Source: Carcharhinus amblyrhynchos
Lineage: Eukaryota
DNA length: 64,000 nucleotides
Assembly (NCBI GenBank): GCA_965287045.1
Contig: OZ336874.1
Coordinates: 65,472,001 to 65,536,000 of the forward strand
Direction of reading: 5' to 3'
Below the pieces are notes generated by a model. It saw only the letters and a program-made list of their open reading frames with translations. It was not told the origin of the DNA and did not search any database. Below, piece after piece: positions 26,668 to 37,991 of the stretch (its first letter is position 1; each line of letters opens with the position of its first letter). The translations under genes were made by a program, and so were the position numbers.

Positions 26668-26795
26668 CAGGCGGGATTTTATAGCCTCGCTCGTCCTGAA
26701 ACCATAAAATCCCAGCGAAGGTCAACAGACCTTCCAACTGTCTGTCTCTCGCCCGCTCCGATTCCTGTGGCAGGGTGGGTGGTAAAATTCCGGCC
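26668..26795. mobile_element. MITE, about 130 bp, PIF/Harbinger-like
   Basis: TIRs aggcgggatttta / taaaattccggcc, flanked by ATC on both sides. Confidence 0.7.
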
Positions 26796-26821
26796 ATCAT
26801 TTCAAAATCAATAGGAGATTT

Positions 26822-26978
26822 TGGGTGGGATTCACTGGCCGCGCTCGCCCCAAAACCAGAGAATTCCCCCCCCCCCGACCCCCAACAAGGTCAATGGATC
26901 TTTGCATGGTGTTCACCCCCCCACCCCAGTCCTGCCTGCTACGAATCTCATGGCAGGCAGGATGGGAGAATTTCCCCC
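26822..26978. mobile_element. MITE of the same family, adjacent copy
   Basis: gggtgggattc...gcctcgctcg-like left end, internal aaggtcaa, right end gggagaatttccccc; parallels 26668-26795. Confidence 0.6.
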
Positions 26979-28761
26979 ATTTGGGAAGTACAAGTTGAAG
27001 GACTGTACTGGGCTTTTGTTAATTATAAAAGCTATAAATTTTCAGAAAGCATATTAAGCTGAAAAAGACCAAACAATGAGCTAGATTTCGAACCCAGCGT
27101 TGGGTTCCATCGTCCAGATAATTTAGTGGTTCTGACTCGGCGCGGTGTCTGTGTCACTCATTCAATGCAATTGGGCTGGCGACGAGCTTGGCATCTCAGT
27201 AATGGCACAAGGCATCACCAGGAGCTGCTCACAGAGCACAAATGATGAAGGCAGTTGGCAGTCGTGATGGGGTCGCCGAAAAGAGAATGTAGCAAATAGG
27301 AAGGTCAGCACCGTCATCAGATACAAATGGGGTCAAACAGCCAAATGAAAGACTGATCTGGAACAAGAATCTATCTTGGTAAAAATTTCCCCATTTGAAG
27401 GAAATTACTGCATTGTTCCCTGGATTGGGCTTGATAGCTGGTCATGAGTGTGCAGACTGCTCAAGTTCAATCAGTTGGAATTTGAGAATCATCTTCCTGC
27501 CCTCCCTGGCTCATTGACAAAATCCTCAATGAGCAGGAGGCATTTCCTACTCCATATCACCAGCCTCACTTTGAACATTTCAACATGTCCCAGAAACACC
27601 AGCACTGGTTGGGCCAAATGGCCATGTAGCTAATAATGCCTTTAAAACCCTCCCACTCCTGTCCTCGACCACTGAAAATCACTATCTTGTCTCATCTTTA
27701 CCTAAGATCCTCTTTTTCAAAAAAAATCACAAACTCTAAGAGAAAACAGAAAAGCCTAATACGATTTTGTTTATAGTTGGAGAAGATAAAAGCTGAATTT
27801 GCAGTAATGAAACAGAGATCACAAGGGTCAGAAAGTGAGCTGAGGCAAAGAATGATCAAGACAAACATAAAGAGGGTCTTTCCTCATCCTTGTTTGAAAT
27901 ATTTTTTGAAAACACAAAGCAGCTGAAGTAAAGGAAACAATTCACATCCCATTCTGATTTGGACTTTTTTGACATCCGTGTTTGGCTCCAAATTCTAGGT
28001 CCCTTTACAGTACAAGTACCTTCACCGCACAGGCTACAGCTGTTCAAGGTACAACTGCCTCAAGGTACACTTGGATAGGCGCCAGCCTTATCAGTGACAT
28101 TCAAATTCAATAAATGAATAAAGTTTTGAATTATCACCAAGTTATCATCTGTATTTTGTTAGTTGTTAGAAAATACATGCTCTAATTACTGGCACCTATA
28201 AGAATAAGTGATCGAGACAGAAACAGAGACATACTTTCAAGTACTAAGTACAAAACCTCAACTATTCTGTTCACAGAGACCTCTTAGACAATTGAACACC
28301 ACTGGTACCAGGCTTGAGACATTCTCACCCCTACTCTTTATATTTATTTTTGGTTGTGCACAACACTGCCAAAGCCAGTGTTTATTGTCCATCCTGAACT
28401 GTCCTTCTGAAGATGGTGATGAGCAGTGCAGCCATACTTTGTCCCTCTCCTCATTGAAAACAAGACATTGGGGCCCTGAAATGGCATGGGGCTTGCACCA
28501 ATCTGCCACTGAAACTCCACAACAGCCCTCCCAGTGGAATTCTCAGGCGTCCACCTGCAACCTCTTCATTCCAACCTCAAGTTCCTCCTGCTTTCCACTG
28601 AGCCTTGTCCCGTCACTAAACCACAGCAACCCAGTTTAGCACTGGCAAATTCCAGGACCACCTGCTAGTGTTACCAAACACCACTTATCCTACACTAAAT
28701 ATCAGTTTTCTAACTCCAATCCGCATCTGTGTACCACCTCACTATACATTTTCAGTTGATT

Positions 28762-29048
28762 AAAGATTAAAGTTACTTATTAGTCACAAGCAGGCTTACA
28801 TTAGCACTGCAATGAAGTTACTGTGAGAATCTCGTAGTTGCCACACTCAGGCGCCTGTTTGGGTATACTGAGGGAGAATTTAGCATGGCCAATGCGCCTA
28901 GCTTTCGGAAACCAGAGCACCCGGAGGAGACCCACACAGACATGGGGAGAACGTGCAGACTCTACACAGAAAGTGACCCGAGGCTGGAATTGAACCCGAG
29001 TCCCTAGCACTGTGAGGCAACAATGCTAACCACTGTGCCACCGTGCCC
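28762..29048 (-). mobile_element. HE1-headed SINE with an alternative 3' tail
   Basis: The reverse complement has the HE1 head and V-domain, then aaattctccctcagtatacccaaacaggcgcctgagtgtggcaactacgagattctcacagtaacttcattgcagtgctaatgtaagcctgcttgtgactaataa. Confidence 0.88.
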
Positions 29049-31274
29049 TGACTATATGGTGGTGATGATGAAAGACATTAGGAAAGAAACGTACAGAAAA
29101 TAAAGGTCATTGACAGAACATGAGTTGTGGAATTTGATCCCATTGCACTAATAAGAAAGGAAGTTGATGCACTCAGTTGCTAGGTGACCTTGCTGTTTTG
29201 TCTTGTGTAATAAGACAGTGAATCTTCTGATTCATAAGCAACTGGTCTGCCAGCAGCCAATAAAGAGAGTCCAGGTTTTCAGGTTACGGACTGTAATTGC
29301 TCTTAATATTACTGAACTGGTCAAAGATGGTGTTTTATATTCAGAGCATGTTTTTATCTGTCCTCAAGCTAACAAACACTTACTAGTTCCATGTTGAAAC
29401 ACGTGTTGGGTGTTACAGCTTGATTTTTGTTTTAGAAACAGTCACTCGAGTAACGCAATTGGAAATTACATTACTGCCAATCGCAGGTGCCGCTCTGAAA
29501 GTTGGCAGCCACTGCACTGTTCGTGAAAAGGGTTTAACTAACAACTTAATTGGCACGCGAGATGGTGCATTCCTTTCTCTAGCTGATAAAGGTGTAGGCT
29601 GAAACTGATCCTGTGAGCAATACTGTGTCAGGCACTGGTGAAGGAGGTTTCTGTATGCCCAAGTGCAAAGCTGTCACAATAGATGGACAGAGAATTTGTT
29701 AATGCCCAAGGTCTGGCTGACTTGTTTTTCAAACATTGGGCTGCCTGAGCTTTATCAACTGAAAGGGGCATGGGCTTTACTGTAATATTTAAACTGGGGT
29801 CCTGCTGTATCTCACAGCTGGTTTGTACAACCGATGGACAAAAGACTGTATCCATAAAGGAACCACTCCAGATTGTTCCAAAAGCTCCTCCCCACTTCAC
29901 AAAAATCTACCCCACCCCCGGCCCCAGCCACTCATTCCAATCCCCCCCCCCCCCCCAACCCACCACCTCCTTTAAAGTGTCTATTGTAGGGCATGGCTCT
30001 CTGACCACCACCGCCCCCCCCCCCCCCCCCCCCCACCCACATTCTTCAATCAGCAATATGCCTGTCACCCCTTAGAGACCAGTAGCATTTTGTCAAAGGT
30101 ATTGTAATAAGGTTCGGTCAGAAGAATTGGTTTGGGTCTCTGCTGGGTACTGTTGGACAGGCAGTGGCCCACACAAAGCCAAAAACCATCCCCTTTGTGT
30201 CCCCAGCCTCAAAACAACATCAATTAAACTCAGGACAACGGTGGCAGCATTCACTTGGTGCTGCTGCTGCAGACAATATGCATGCACTGGGACCAAGTAC
30301 ACTTGAGCACGTTCTAAAAGATTTGGTTCACACAGGTCAGCTCCGGCCCATGTTAACTCTCTTGATGTTAATGGCAACAGAGAGTTTCCACAATTCTAAG
30401 AAAGGGAATGATCGTCCGACCTTAACCCATTCACATCCTGGCTATTGGACAGACAGGGAAAAACCATGGCTTCAAAAACATCAACAAGCCAGCTCCTCAT
30501 GTCTGGAATGATTAGTGAACTCTTCCTGGATTGTAACTGACAGCAGAGTGGAAACTAGTGTCCCCCTGTGTCTTCACTGAGTTGTTGAAATATACCTGTC
30601 GATAAGATGATTCAAATTGTCTTTATGGTGTCCTGTGTGCATATGTAGATTCTCAAAGGCACAAGTTTAAATGTGCACTGCCAGTATAATCTATCGGAGT
30701 TGCCAAAATCTGTCATTGTGGTTTCTTAACTGAAATTGCAAGGGAGTAAAGCCTTGTCTTCCATTCTGCCAGAAACTGCCAATATAATCACGGTGTGTTG
30801 TTTGCTTCTGGGAACAAAGCTTTGCCAACGCAGCAATTGCAAAATGCAAACCAGGAATGAAACACTGGTACTGGACGAAAGATCAAGATGGTCGGCATAC
30901 AACTGCCTGGAACGGATTATTCACACACATCTCTCTCGGGCTCCGGGAGGCAGTAAAAATCGACAAAGGCACCATCTAGCACAAGAGTCACTGTCACTCA
31001 GGGTAACCCGTCACAACTGCAAGAACTCAAGTTGTTCAAAAAGCCTGCTCTTCCTTTGTCTGAGCTCATTTCATTAATAGTCAAATAATTGCCCTTTTTA
31101 TCCGCAGAAGAAAGAAACCAATCTCAGTTTTCAGTGAATTATTCTTCACAACAGCCCTGCTGTGAACACAGATTTTGGGTTTTATATTAACAACTCTTTG
31201 CACTTTTCACCATTTTTATGTATAGGCCTCTCACCCACACATGCCCTTTTACTGGCTAGCTTAAGCTGAAAGGA

Positions 31275-31830
31275 TAGCTGGAGCTGGGTTTTCCAGGACA
31301 CCACACTCCCTGTGTCCTAGCCCCTGTCAGCTGAAAGGTTGGGTGGAACGTTCCATTGTAATTTAACGTGGGAAGAAGCCGTTAATTGCTTTCAGGCAAG
31401 ACATCACCCCCATTTCTGGAGGAAGTCCCACCTCAAGAGAGCTGCCAGCCTATCAGGTGGCCAAGGGATCTGTAGTCCTTTCAGTACCAGTGGCCACTGC
31501 TGGAACTATACCAAGGAGCCCAGGGCCGGGGGTCTTGGCAATGGGAGAGACAGGCGTTGGGGGGAGGGGGAATTACATTTGGTGGGGTGGGGTCTCCGGC
31601 AGAACCATGAGATGATCCTATTGGCCCTGTTGGTCCTCACTGCAGGTTAATACTGGTGGCAGTTGGATGAGGCCATGAAGTGGCCACTTAAAGAGTCTCA
31701 ACAGACCCAAGGGCAGATGAGCAGCCCTGCCTCTCCCCCCATCCCACCCTGTAAAATGTCAGACAGGTCAGGGGTGGGCAGATAGGCATTGTGAAAGGCG
31801 ATGTGCCTTCTAGAGCGGAGGGGGGAGGAG
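31275..31830. mobile_element. GC-rich non-autonomous DNA-transposon-like repeat
   Basis: gagctgccagcctatcag, accagtggccactgctgg and aagtggccacttaaagagtctcaacag are shared with 23640-24590. Confidence 0.55.
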
Positions 31831-33235
31831 GGGAGTACAATTTAGTTTGTAGTTTTAGTGTAAACTTCAAAGATTGTAATACCCCTTTTAATTATGAAGA
31901 ACTACACCTCTGTCAATCAGATGGCCCTCTTTCCCCAGCCAGGGTGACATCCCTGTGAAGGTAAAGGAGTTCTGTTAACACTCATCCAGACAATAAGGAG
32001 TCTGACTACAAGGGACGTACGGAATTCTGCATCCAGCTCCTACATGCAGTCGGAAATATTCCACACACTGAATCAAGATCAAGGGGTTCCAAAATGGTCA
32101 CTAGGATAACCGAGCCCAATCATGCAAAGCCTTTTAAAGCCCTCTGTAAAACTGAAAACAAATGATCAGCTTTGCTGCCTTCAAACTGTTCGTGCAGATG
32201 GAGGCTGCTTTCACAAAAGACTTCACTCGCGCTGCAAGAAGACAGCAGTTCTCAAAGAATCTGCCTCAGGGATACCAAAACATTTTCTGTAGCTCATTTC
32301 CTGTCACTTTCTTGTCTAGACTGGTACAGCAGCCTCAAAACCTTATTGTTATCCTCCCCCACAGCAACTAAATGCTCGTATGCTCTCCTGCCCCACTGAG
32401 ATCATTTAATACAGGATAAAGTCCAATAAGCTCAGCCACGCATACCATGCTCTCTTTTAATAGATGTGTTTGTCCCCGGCAAACCTAGATGACTCAAAAG
32501 GCAAAGGATCATGCACTATCTTCTCATGTCCTTCAGGATATATCCTTTCCTCGGCAGTCTAACGCCTTTTGCACCTTCACGGCCCAATAGGGTTTGAAAC
32601 TGGCCCCCGCGACCAGGATGTTGATTGAATATTGAAATGTTTCATGTATTTAATAGCTGTTTACAGCCTACAACTTTTCCTTTAGCCCGAAGTGGTATCA
32701 TTAGAAAGGGTATTATAAAACATGCCACATACGGTGACCCAGAGTCAACACTGACCTTGCTAGGCTCAGCTGGAAACAGTAATCCTGAGCTGCATAGGGA
32801 ATGAGCCACGGTTTCTGCTCCTGATCATTATCGAGTGACTCTTACTAGAAACTGGATATCTGTAGAGAGGATCCGGTTGTGTTTCCCCCATTGATGAGTC
32901 AGCTGCTGTCATCAATGGCTACCCACAAATGAAGACGGATATTTGGCTGAGTTATATCTGTTAGCTCCAGTCTAATCATACCCCAGTATACAACAATGTT
33001 TACTGGACAGAAAGCATGTGTATTTCTGCTGGAGGGGGGTGGGTTCATGTCATTCCACAAACCATTTAAGGTCACAGCTGTAGCATCTCATGCCAGGCTT
33101 GCACTGGTTTATTTTATCAGATTGGGAAGATGCTCCACATGCAAAGCTCCAGAACAACGGTGATACAGCAACTTATTTTTAGCCCCTTTTCATTAGAAAA
33201 CCATCACACAGGGAGATATTAGGGCTGATGCTCAA

Positions 33236-34760
33236 ATCACAGAACTACACAATTGTTATGGTGCAGAAGGAGGCCATTCTGCCCATCGTACCTGCACCAG
33301 CTCTCTGAAGAGCACGATAACTTAGTGCCATTCTCCTATCTTTTCCCTGTACCTCTCTGCATTGTTTTTATTCAAATAACATCTAACAGCCTCTTGAATG
33401 CCTCCATTGAACCCGCATCCACCAGGCTTCCAGACATGCATTCCAGACCTGAAATGCTCACCGTGTGAAAAGGGCTTTTCTCACATCACATTTGCTTCTT
33501 TCGCAATAAATATGGGCGGCACGGTAGCACAGTGATTAGCACTACTGCTTCACAGCTCTAGGGTCCTGGGTTCGATTCCTGGCTCAGGTCACTGTCTGTG
33601 TGGAGTTTGCACGTTCTCCTCGTGTCTGCGTGGCTTTCCTCCGGGTGTTCTGGTTTCCTCCCACAGTCCAAAGATGTGCGGGTTAGGTTGATTGGCCATG
33701 CTAAGAAATTGCCCTTTAATGTCCAGGGATGCGTAGGTTAGAGGGATTAGTGGGTATGGTATGTAGGGATATGGGGGTAGGGCCTGGGTGGGATTGTGTT
33801 TGGTGCAGACTCGATGGGCCGAAGGGCCTCTTTCTATAAAGTAGGGTTCTATGATTCTATATGTGCCCTCTCTTTTCGATCCTTTTACAAGCAGGAAGTT
33901 TCTCCCAATCTACGCTGTTAAGCCCCCTCATTATTTTGAACATCTCCAGCAAATCTCCTCTTAACCTTCTCTTCTCCAATCTATCCTCATAACTGAAGCT
34001 TCTCATACCTAGAACCATTATTATAAAACTCTTCTGCACTCTCTCCAATGCCTTCACATCCTTCCAATTGTGTGGCACCCAGAACTGTCCATAAACTTTG
34101 AAACTGTCCCCTACTCACCAAGATCTAGATCATTAATATGTATATTTAAAAAAAAAATCAGGAAAAGCAAGAGTTCCAATACAGAATCCTGAGGAACTCC
34201 ACTACAAACCTACCTTCAGCCCGAAAAATATCCATTGATCATCGCCCTCTGCTTCCTATTATTTAGTCAATTTAGTATCCACATTGCTACTCTCCCATTT
34301 ATTCTATGAGCTGTACTTTATCTCACAAGTCTGCTGTGTGGCACTGTATTGAATGTCTTTTGAAAGTCAATGTACACCACATCAACAGCATTACCTGCAA
34401 CAACCATCTCTTTACCTCTTCAAAAAGATTCCAACAACTTACTTAAACATAATTTTCTCATCAAAGAATACATTCTGGCTCTTATTAATCAACCCACAAT
34501 TTTCCAAGTGACAATTAATTCTATCCAGAGCACTCATTTCTAGAAGCGTCCCCAGCGCCTGGTCTGTAAGTTCTGGGTCTATTCTTACAATCTTTTTTGT
34601 ACAAGGCTGTAACCTGTGAAATTATCCAGTCCTTCCGCACCACCCCTGACTGCAAAGGAGACTGGAAGATTATAGCCAGTGCCTCCACAATTTCCATTCT
34701 CACTTTCTTCAATATTCTTGGATGCATCTCATCCAGTCCCACTGCCTTGTCAACTTTATG
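33236..34760 (-). mobile_element. CR1/HER1 LINE, 3' about 1.2 kb, degraded and interrupted by an HE1 SINE
   Basis: Minus-strand peptides KDVKALERVQKSF, RRLRGDLLEMFKIMRG and GLDEMHPRILKKV...EALAIIFQ; aaagtcaatgtacaccacatc encodes the RT motif DVVYIDF. Confidence 0.92.
33514..33859 (+). mobile_element. HE1-type V-SINE, full length
   Basis: gggcggcacggtagcacagtgattagc, B-box ggttcgattcc, V-domain, tail ttctatgattcta. Confidence 0.95.
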
Positions 34761-34775
34761 TGCTGACTGTTTATC

Positions 34776-34969
34776 CAAGGGACAATTTAGAGATACGAAG
34801 GGGCAATTTGCCACGTTCAACTCACCTAACCTGCACACCTTTGGACTGTGGGAGGAAACCCACGCAGACACCGGGAGAACATGCAAACCTCACACAGAGA
34901 GTCACCCAAGGCCGGAATTGAACCCAATCCCTGGCGCTGTGAGGTAGCAGTGCTAACCACTGTGCCACC
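34776..34969 (-). mobile_element. HE1-type V-SINE, head and V-domain only
   Basis: Reverse complement ggtggcacagtggttagcactgctacctcacagcgccaggg...cccacagtccaaaggtgtgcaggttagg. Confidence 0.9.
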
Positions 34970-35103
34970 ATGAAAAATGGCACAATCAACTGTGTCAAAG
35001 CCTAAAGAAACCCTGGCCTTATTTTTGCCTTGGTGTGTGCGTGTAATTGGTAGGCCCAGAAGCTGATGTCAACTCCACTCCTGCCTGAGACCGACAATGA
35101 ACA

Positions 35104-35178
35104 AGGGAGGCAATGGCTTAGTGGTGATACCCTTAGTCTAATACTCCAGAAACTCTGTTAATGTTCTGGGGCATGGCT
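35104..35178 (+). mobile_element. 5' head fragment of a second tRNA-derived SINE family
   Basis: gggaggcaatggcttagtggtga has an A-box (TGGCTTAGTGG), followed by ccagaaactctgttaatgttctgggg; no complete cloverleaf. Confidence 0.5.
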
Positions 35179-36804
35179 GTCCAAGCAGCCAATCACATTA
35201 AAGGACTTTCATAAAGCGCAAACAGGAAACAAAGCAATAATATAAAATCACTTCTAAAAATATACTAATTAATTATTTAAGCAGCACTTTATGAATAGTG
35301 TATAAATTTACTCTTTCAGGGCCAGTTCTGTTGTTCATCATATTTTATTAATCACATTGCTGTTAAAAGCCCATTTACATCTGATTGAACAGTGTAACCT
35401 TTTTTTTGGAGATTCTAACAATTCTCAATGATTCCAGTGCTTTCTGACTCACAGCACAGCTTGTATTCAAATCCCGAGTGACAGAGTGCACGTGTGCCCA
35501 ATACCCTGAAATTACAGCCAGTTTCAGAGAGACTGTCACTGCCCCTTGCCATCTCACACTCCTTCAAAATCCGAGCCATTGTTTCAGTCTCCACAGACGC
35601 TTTCTGAACCCGCTGAGGCTTTCCAGCATTTTCAGTTCCCATTCTGAGATTCGAAAGAAGCCCACAGTTCACAAAGCACCGCCCTGCTCATAAATTGTTT
35701 TACAAACAAGCTTCAGCGATTTGGACATCAACGTAATGAGGCAGTTGACAGGAAATGCAACTTTACAATTAGTCTAGCCATAAGAAATCTTTTTTAATAA
35801 GAGAAAATTCCATCCTCTAGGCTTCAAGGCAGCAAAGCGAGGTAGAACGGAGCCCCATTTGGAAGTTCCAAAATCAATGAATAAAAGGTCTTGACACGAA
35901 AATAAATAACAGTGCAAAGGAAAGGTTTGTAAGAAATCTTAACTGATTCCTTGCTGCAGGATTTATTTGATGACAAAACACAACGGATGAATTACATGTA
36001 AACATTCTGCTGCCTCTTAAAATCCAAAGTCCCCGTGTAAACTTTAGTTCGTGATCAATACAGGGCAACAGATGATTGTTTTTTAATTTATGACTTTTTG
36101 GAGGATCGTCTCTCTCTGTATAATAGTATCAGCTGAATTGTACACAAGATACGAGTTTGTGTGGGTGCTGAACCTAAATTTTAATATATATTTCATCTAT
36201 AATTCACAATACCTGTCGACCAACTGAACAAGCTGTGAAAAACTGTCAGATCCCCTCCAAAGTTTAGACATCTTGGTTAATCCAAACAACACCACTCAGT
36301 TCTCTTCCTGACTAAACTGGTTCATGCAAGGCATGAGCCAAAGCAAATAGTGCCTCACAGTTTCAGTAAGACTAAGTTACTTCCACTTTTCACACAAGCC
36401 GCTGTCAAAGATAGAGCCATGATTTGTAATCTGGACAGCATACCAGCTACATTCCAGCAGCACAGCTTTCAAGTGTGCGCATTTAAAACTTCAGCAATCT
36501 CAACAGGAAAATAAAATCAGCCTTTAATTCCTGTATCCCATGGATTTGCTGTGGCCAAGCTGCCAGAAAGACCTTTTTTTACATTGGATCTTTTCACTGG
36601 CTTGTGTTACCAATTCAGCGCCTTTCACTTTGAGGTTATCAGACGCACATGGCTGCAAGACCTGCACTTTCGAGCTTCCCACTAAAGCTCATATAAAATA
36701 AGCCAAGGACTAGACTGAATCCAGGAATGTGGACCCCACTGTAGCACGCCACTCTCGGAATCCCATTCAGCCGGAAATACAGTTTCAATTAGCAAGGACA
36801 CAAA

Positions 36805-37350
36805 ATGTACTCTGGGTGGGGGACTTCATAAACCACGAACAAGGGTGACAGAGTAGTACTACAATTTACTTAGCTGACCCTGCTCTGGAGGACTGTGGGC
36901 TTGGAGCCAGTGGGAGAGAACCAAGAGGAAAAAACCTGCTGGACCTCATCCTGACCAATCTACCTATTGCAGATGTATCTGTCCAGACAGTACAGGTAGG
37001 ACTGACCACCGCAGAAGTCCCATCTTCACACTGAGGTTCTCCTTCACTGTGCTAAATGGGATGGATTCAGAACAGATCTAGCAGATGCAACAACTCAAAA
37101 TTGGCACACATGAGGCACAGTGGGCCATCATCAGCAGCAAAACTATATCCCATTATAATGAGTGGCCCAGTATACCCTACTCTTCACCACCACCATCCAG
37201 ACAGGGGACCAACCCTGGTTCAATGAAGAGTGCAGGAGGTTATGCTAGGAGCAACACCAGGCACACCACAAAACGTGGTGTCCACCTGGTGAAGTTACAA
37301 CACAGGACCAGGTGCATGTTAAACAATGAAATGCTATAGACAAAGCTCAG
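36805..37350 (+). mobile_element. CR1/L2-clade LINE ORF2 fragment, endonuclease region
   Basis: gtactctgggtgggggacttc (VLWVGDF) and ccaagaggaaaaaacctgctggacctcatcctgaccaatcta (RGKNLLDLILTNL) are APE endonuclease motifs; degraded. Confidence 0.75.
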
Positions 37351-37374
37351 CAAAGCTCAGAACAGGTCTAGAAT

Positions 37375-37667
37375 AAAGGCAAAATACAGCGGATGCTAGA
37401 AATCTGAAATAAAAACAGAAAAGGCTGGATAAACTCAGCAGATCTGGCAGCATCTTTGCAGCAAAAGGAAATGGGTGAGATTTTCTAGTTGCGCACGCCG
37501 TGGGAATCTACCGGGCAGGACAGAAAATTCAGCAGACCTTGTAAAAGCCCGCTGATCCCAGGGAGGAATTTCCAGCTTGGGGCATACGCAACTGGAAAAT
37601 CCTGCCCAATGTTTCAAGTCCACATGGCCCTTCTGAAAAAGGGTCATATGGACTCGAAACGTTAACA
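37375..37667. mobile_element. Penelope-derived element with a degenerate hammerhead core, interrupted by a MITE
   Basis: gcggatgctagaaatctgaaataaaaacagaaaaggctggataaactcagcagatctggcagcatct ... ctgaaaaagggtcatatggactcgaaacgtta. Confidence 0.75.
37473..37607. mobile_element. MITE with about 21-bp imperfect TIRs and AAT TSD
   Basis: aat|gggtgagattttctagttgcg ... cgcaactggaaaatcctgccc|aat. Confidence 0.8.
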
Positions 37668-37863
37668 CTAAGGGTGAGCTTTGTTATCCACACCCACATC
37701 TTGTGAATGAATTAAAAAAAGTGACTCAGTTAAAGTCTCAAAATATTTTCATACCGCGTGAAGAAATGTTAAAACAACATTATTGCACAAACAAGGTAGC
37801 TGCTTGTATAATCACCCACCATACATTTCATCATTAGCTGTTACCAACAAGTATGGAACCAAT

Positions 37864-37991
37864 GGCTGAGATTTTCTGGCTGTGTCATGGTGAGACCCCG
37901 GGTGGGGGATACAGTGGCCCAGCAAAAGTCCATTGATTTTCCGTGGGATTTGGACAATCCTGGTGGTGGGTGGGGTAGGAAAATCTCAGCC
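37864..37991. mobile_element. MITE with perfect 13-bp TIRs and AAT TSD
   Basis: aat|ggctgagattttc ... gaaaatctcagcc|aat. Confidence 0.85.

Noticed and set aside
29900-30045. Proline-rich ORF segment and C-tracts (also 16586-16622 and 15485-15530)
   Set aside because: Low-complexity poly-C tracts; the poly-Pro translations are incidental.
33514-33590. tRNA-like sequence with A and B boxes
   Set aside because: It is the tRNA-derived head of a SINE, continuing into the V-domain and LINE tail; not a tRNA gene.
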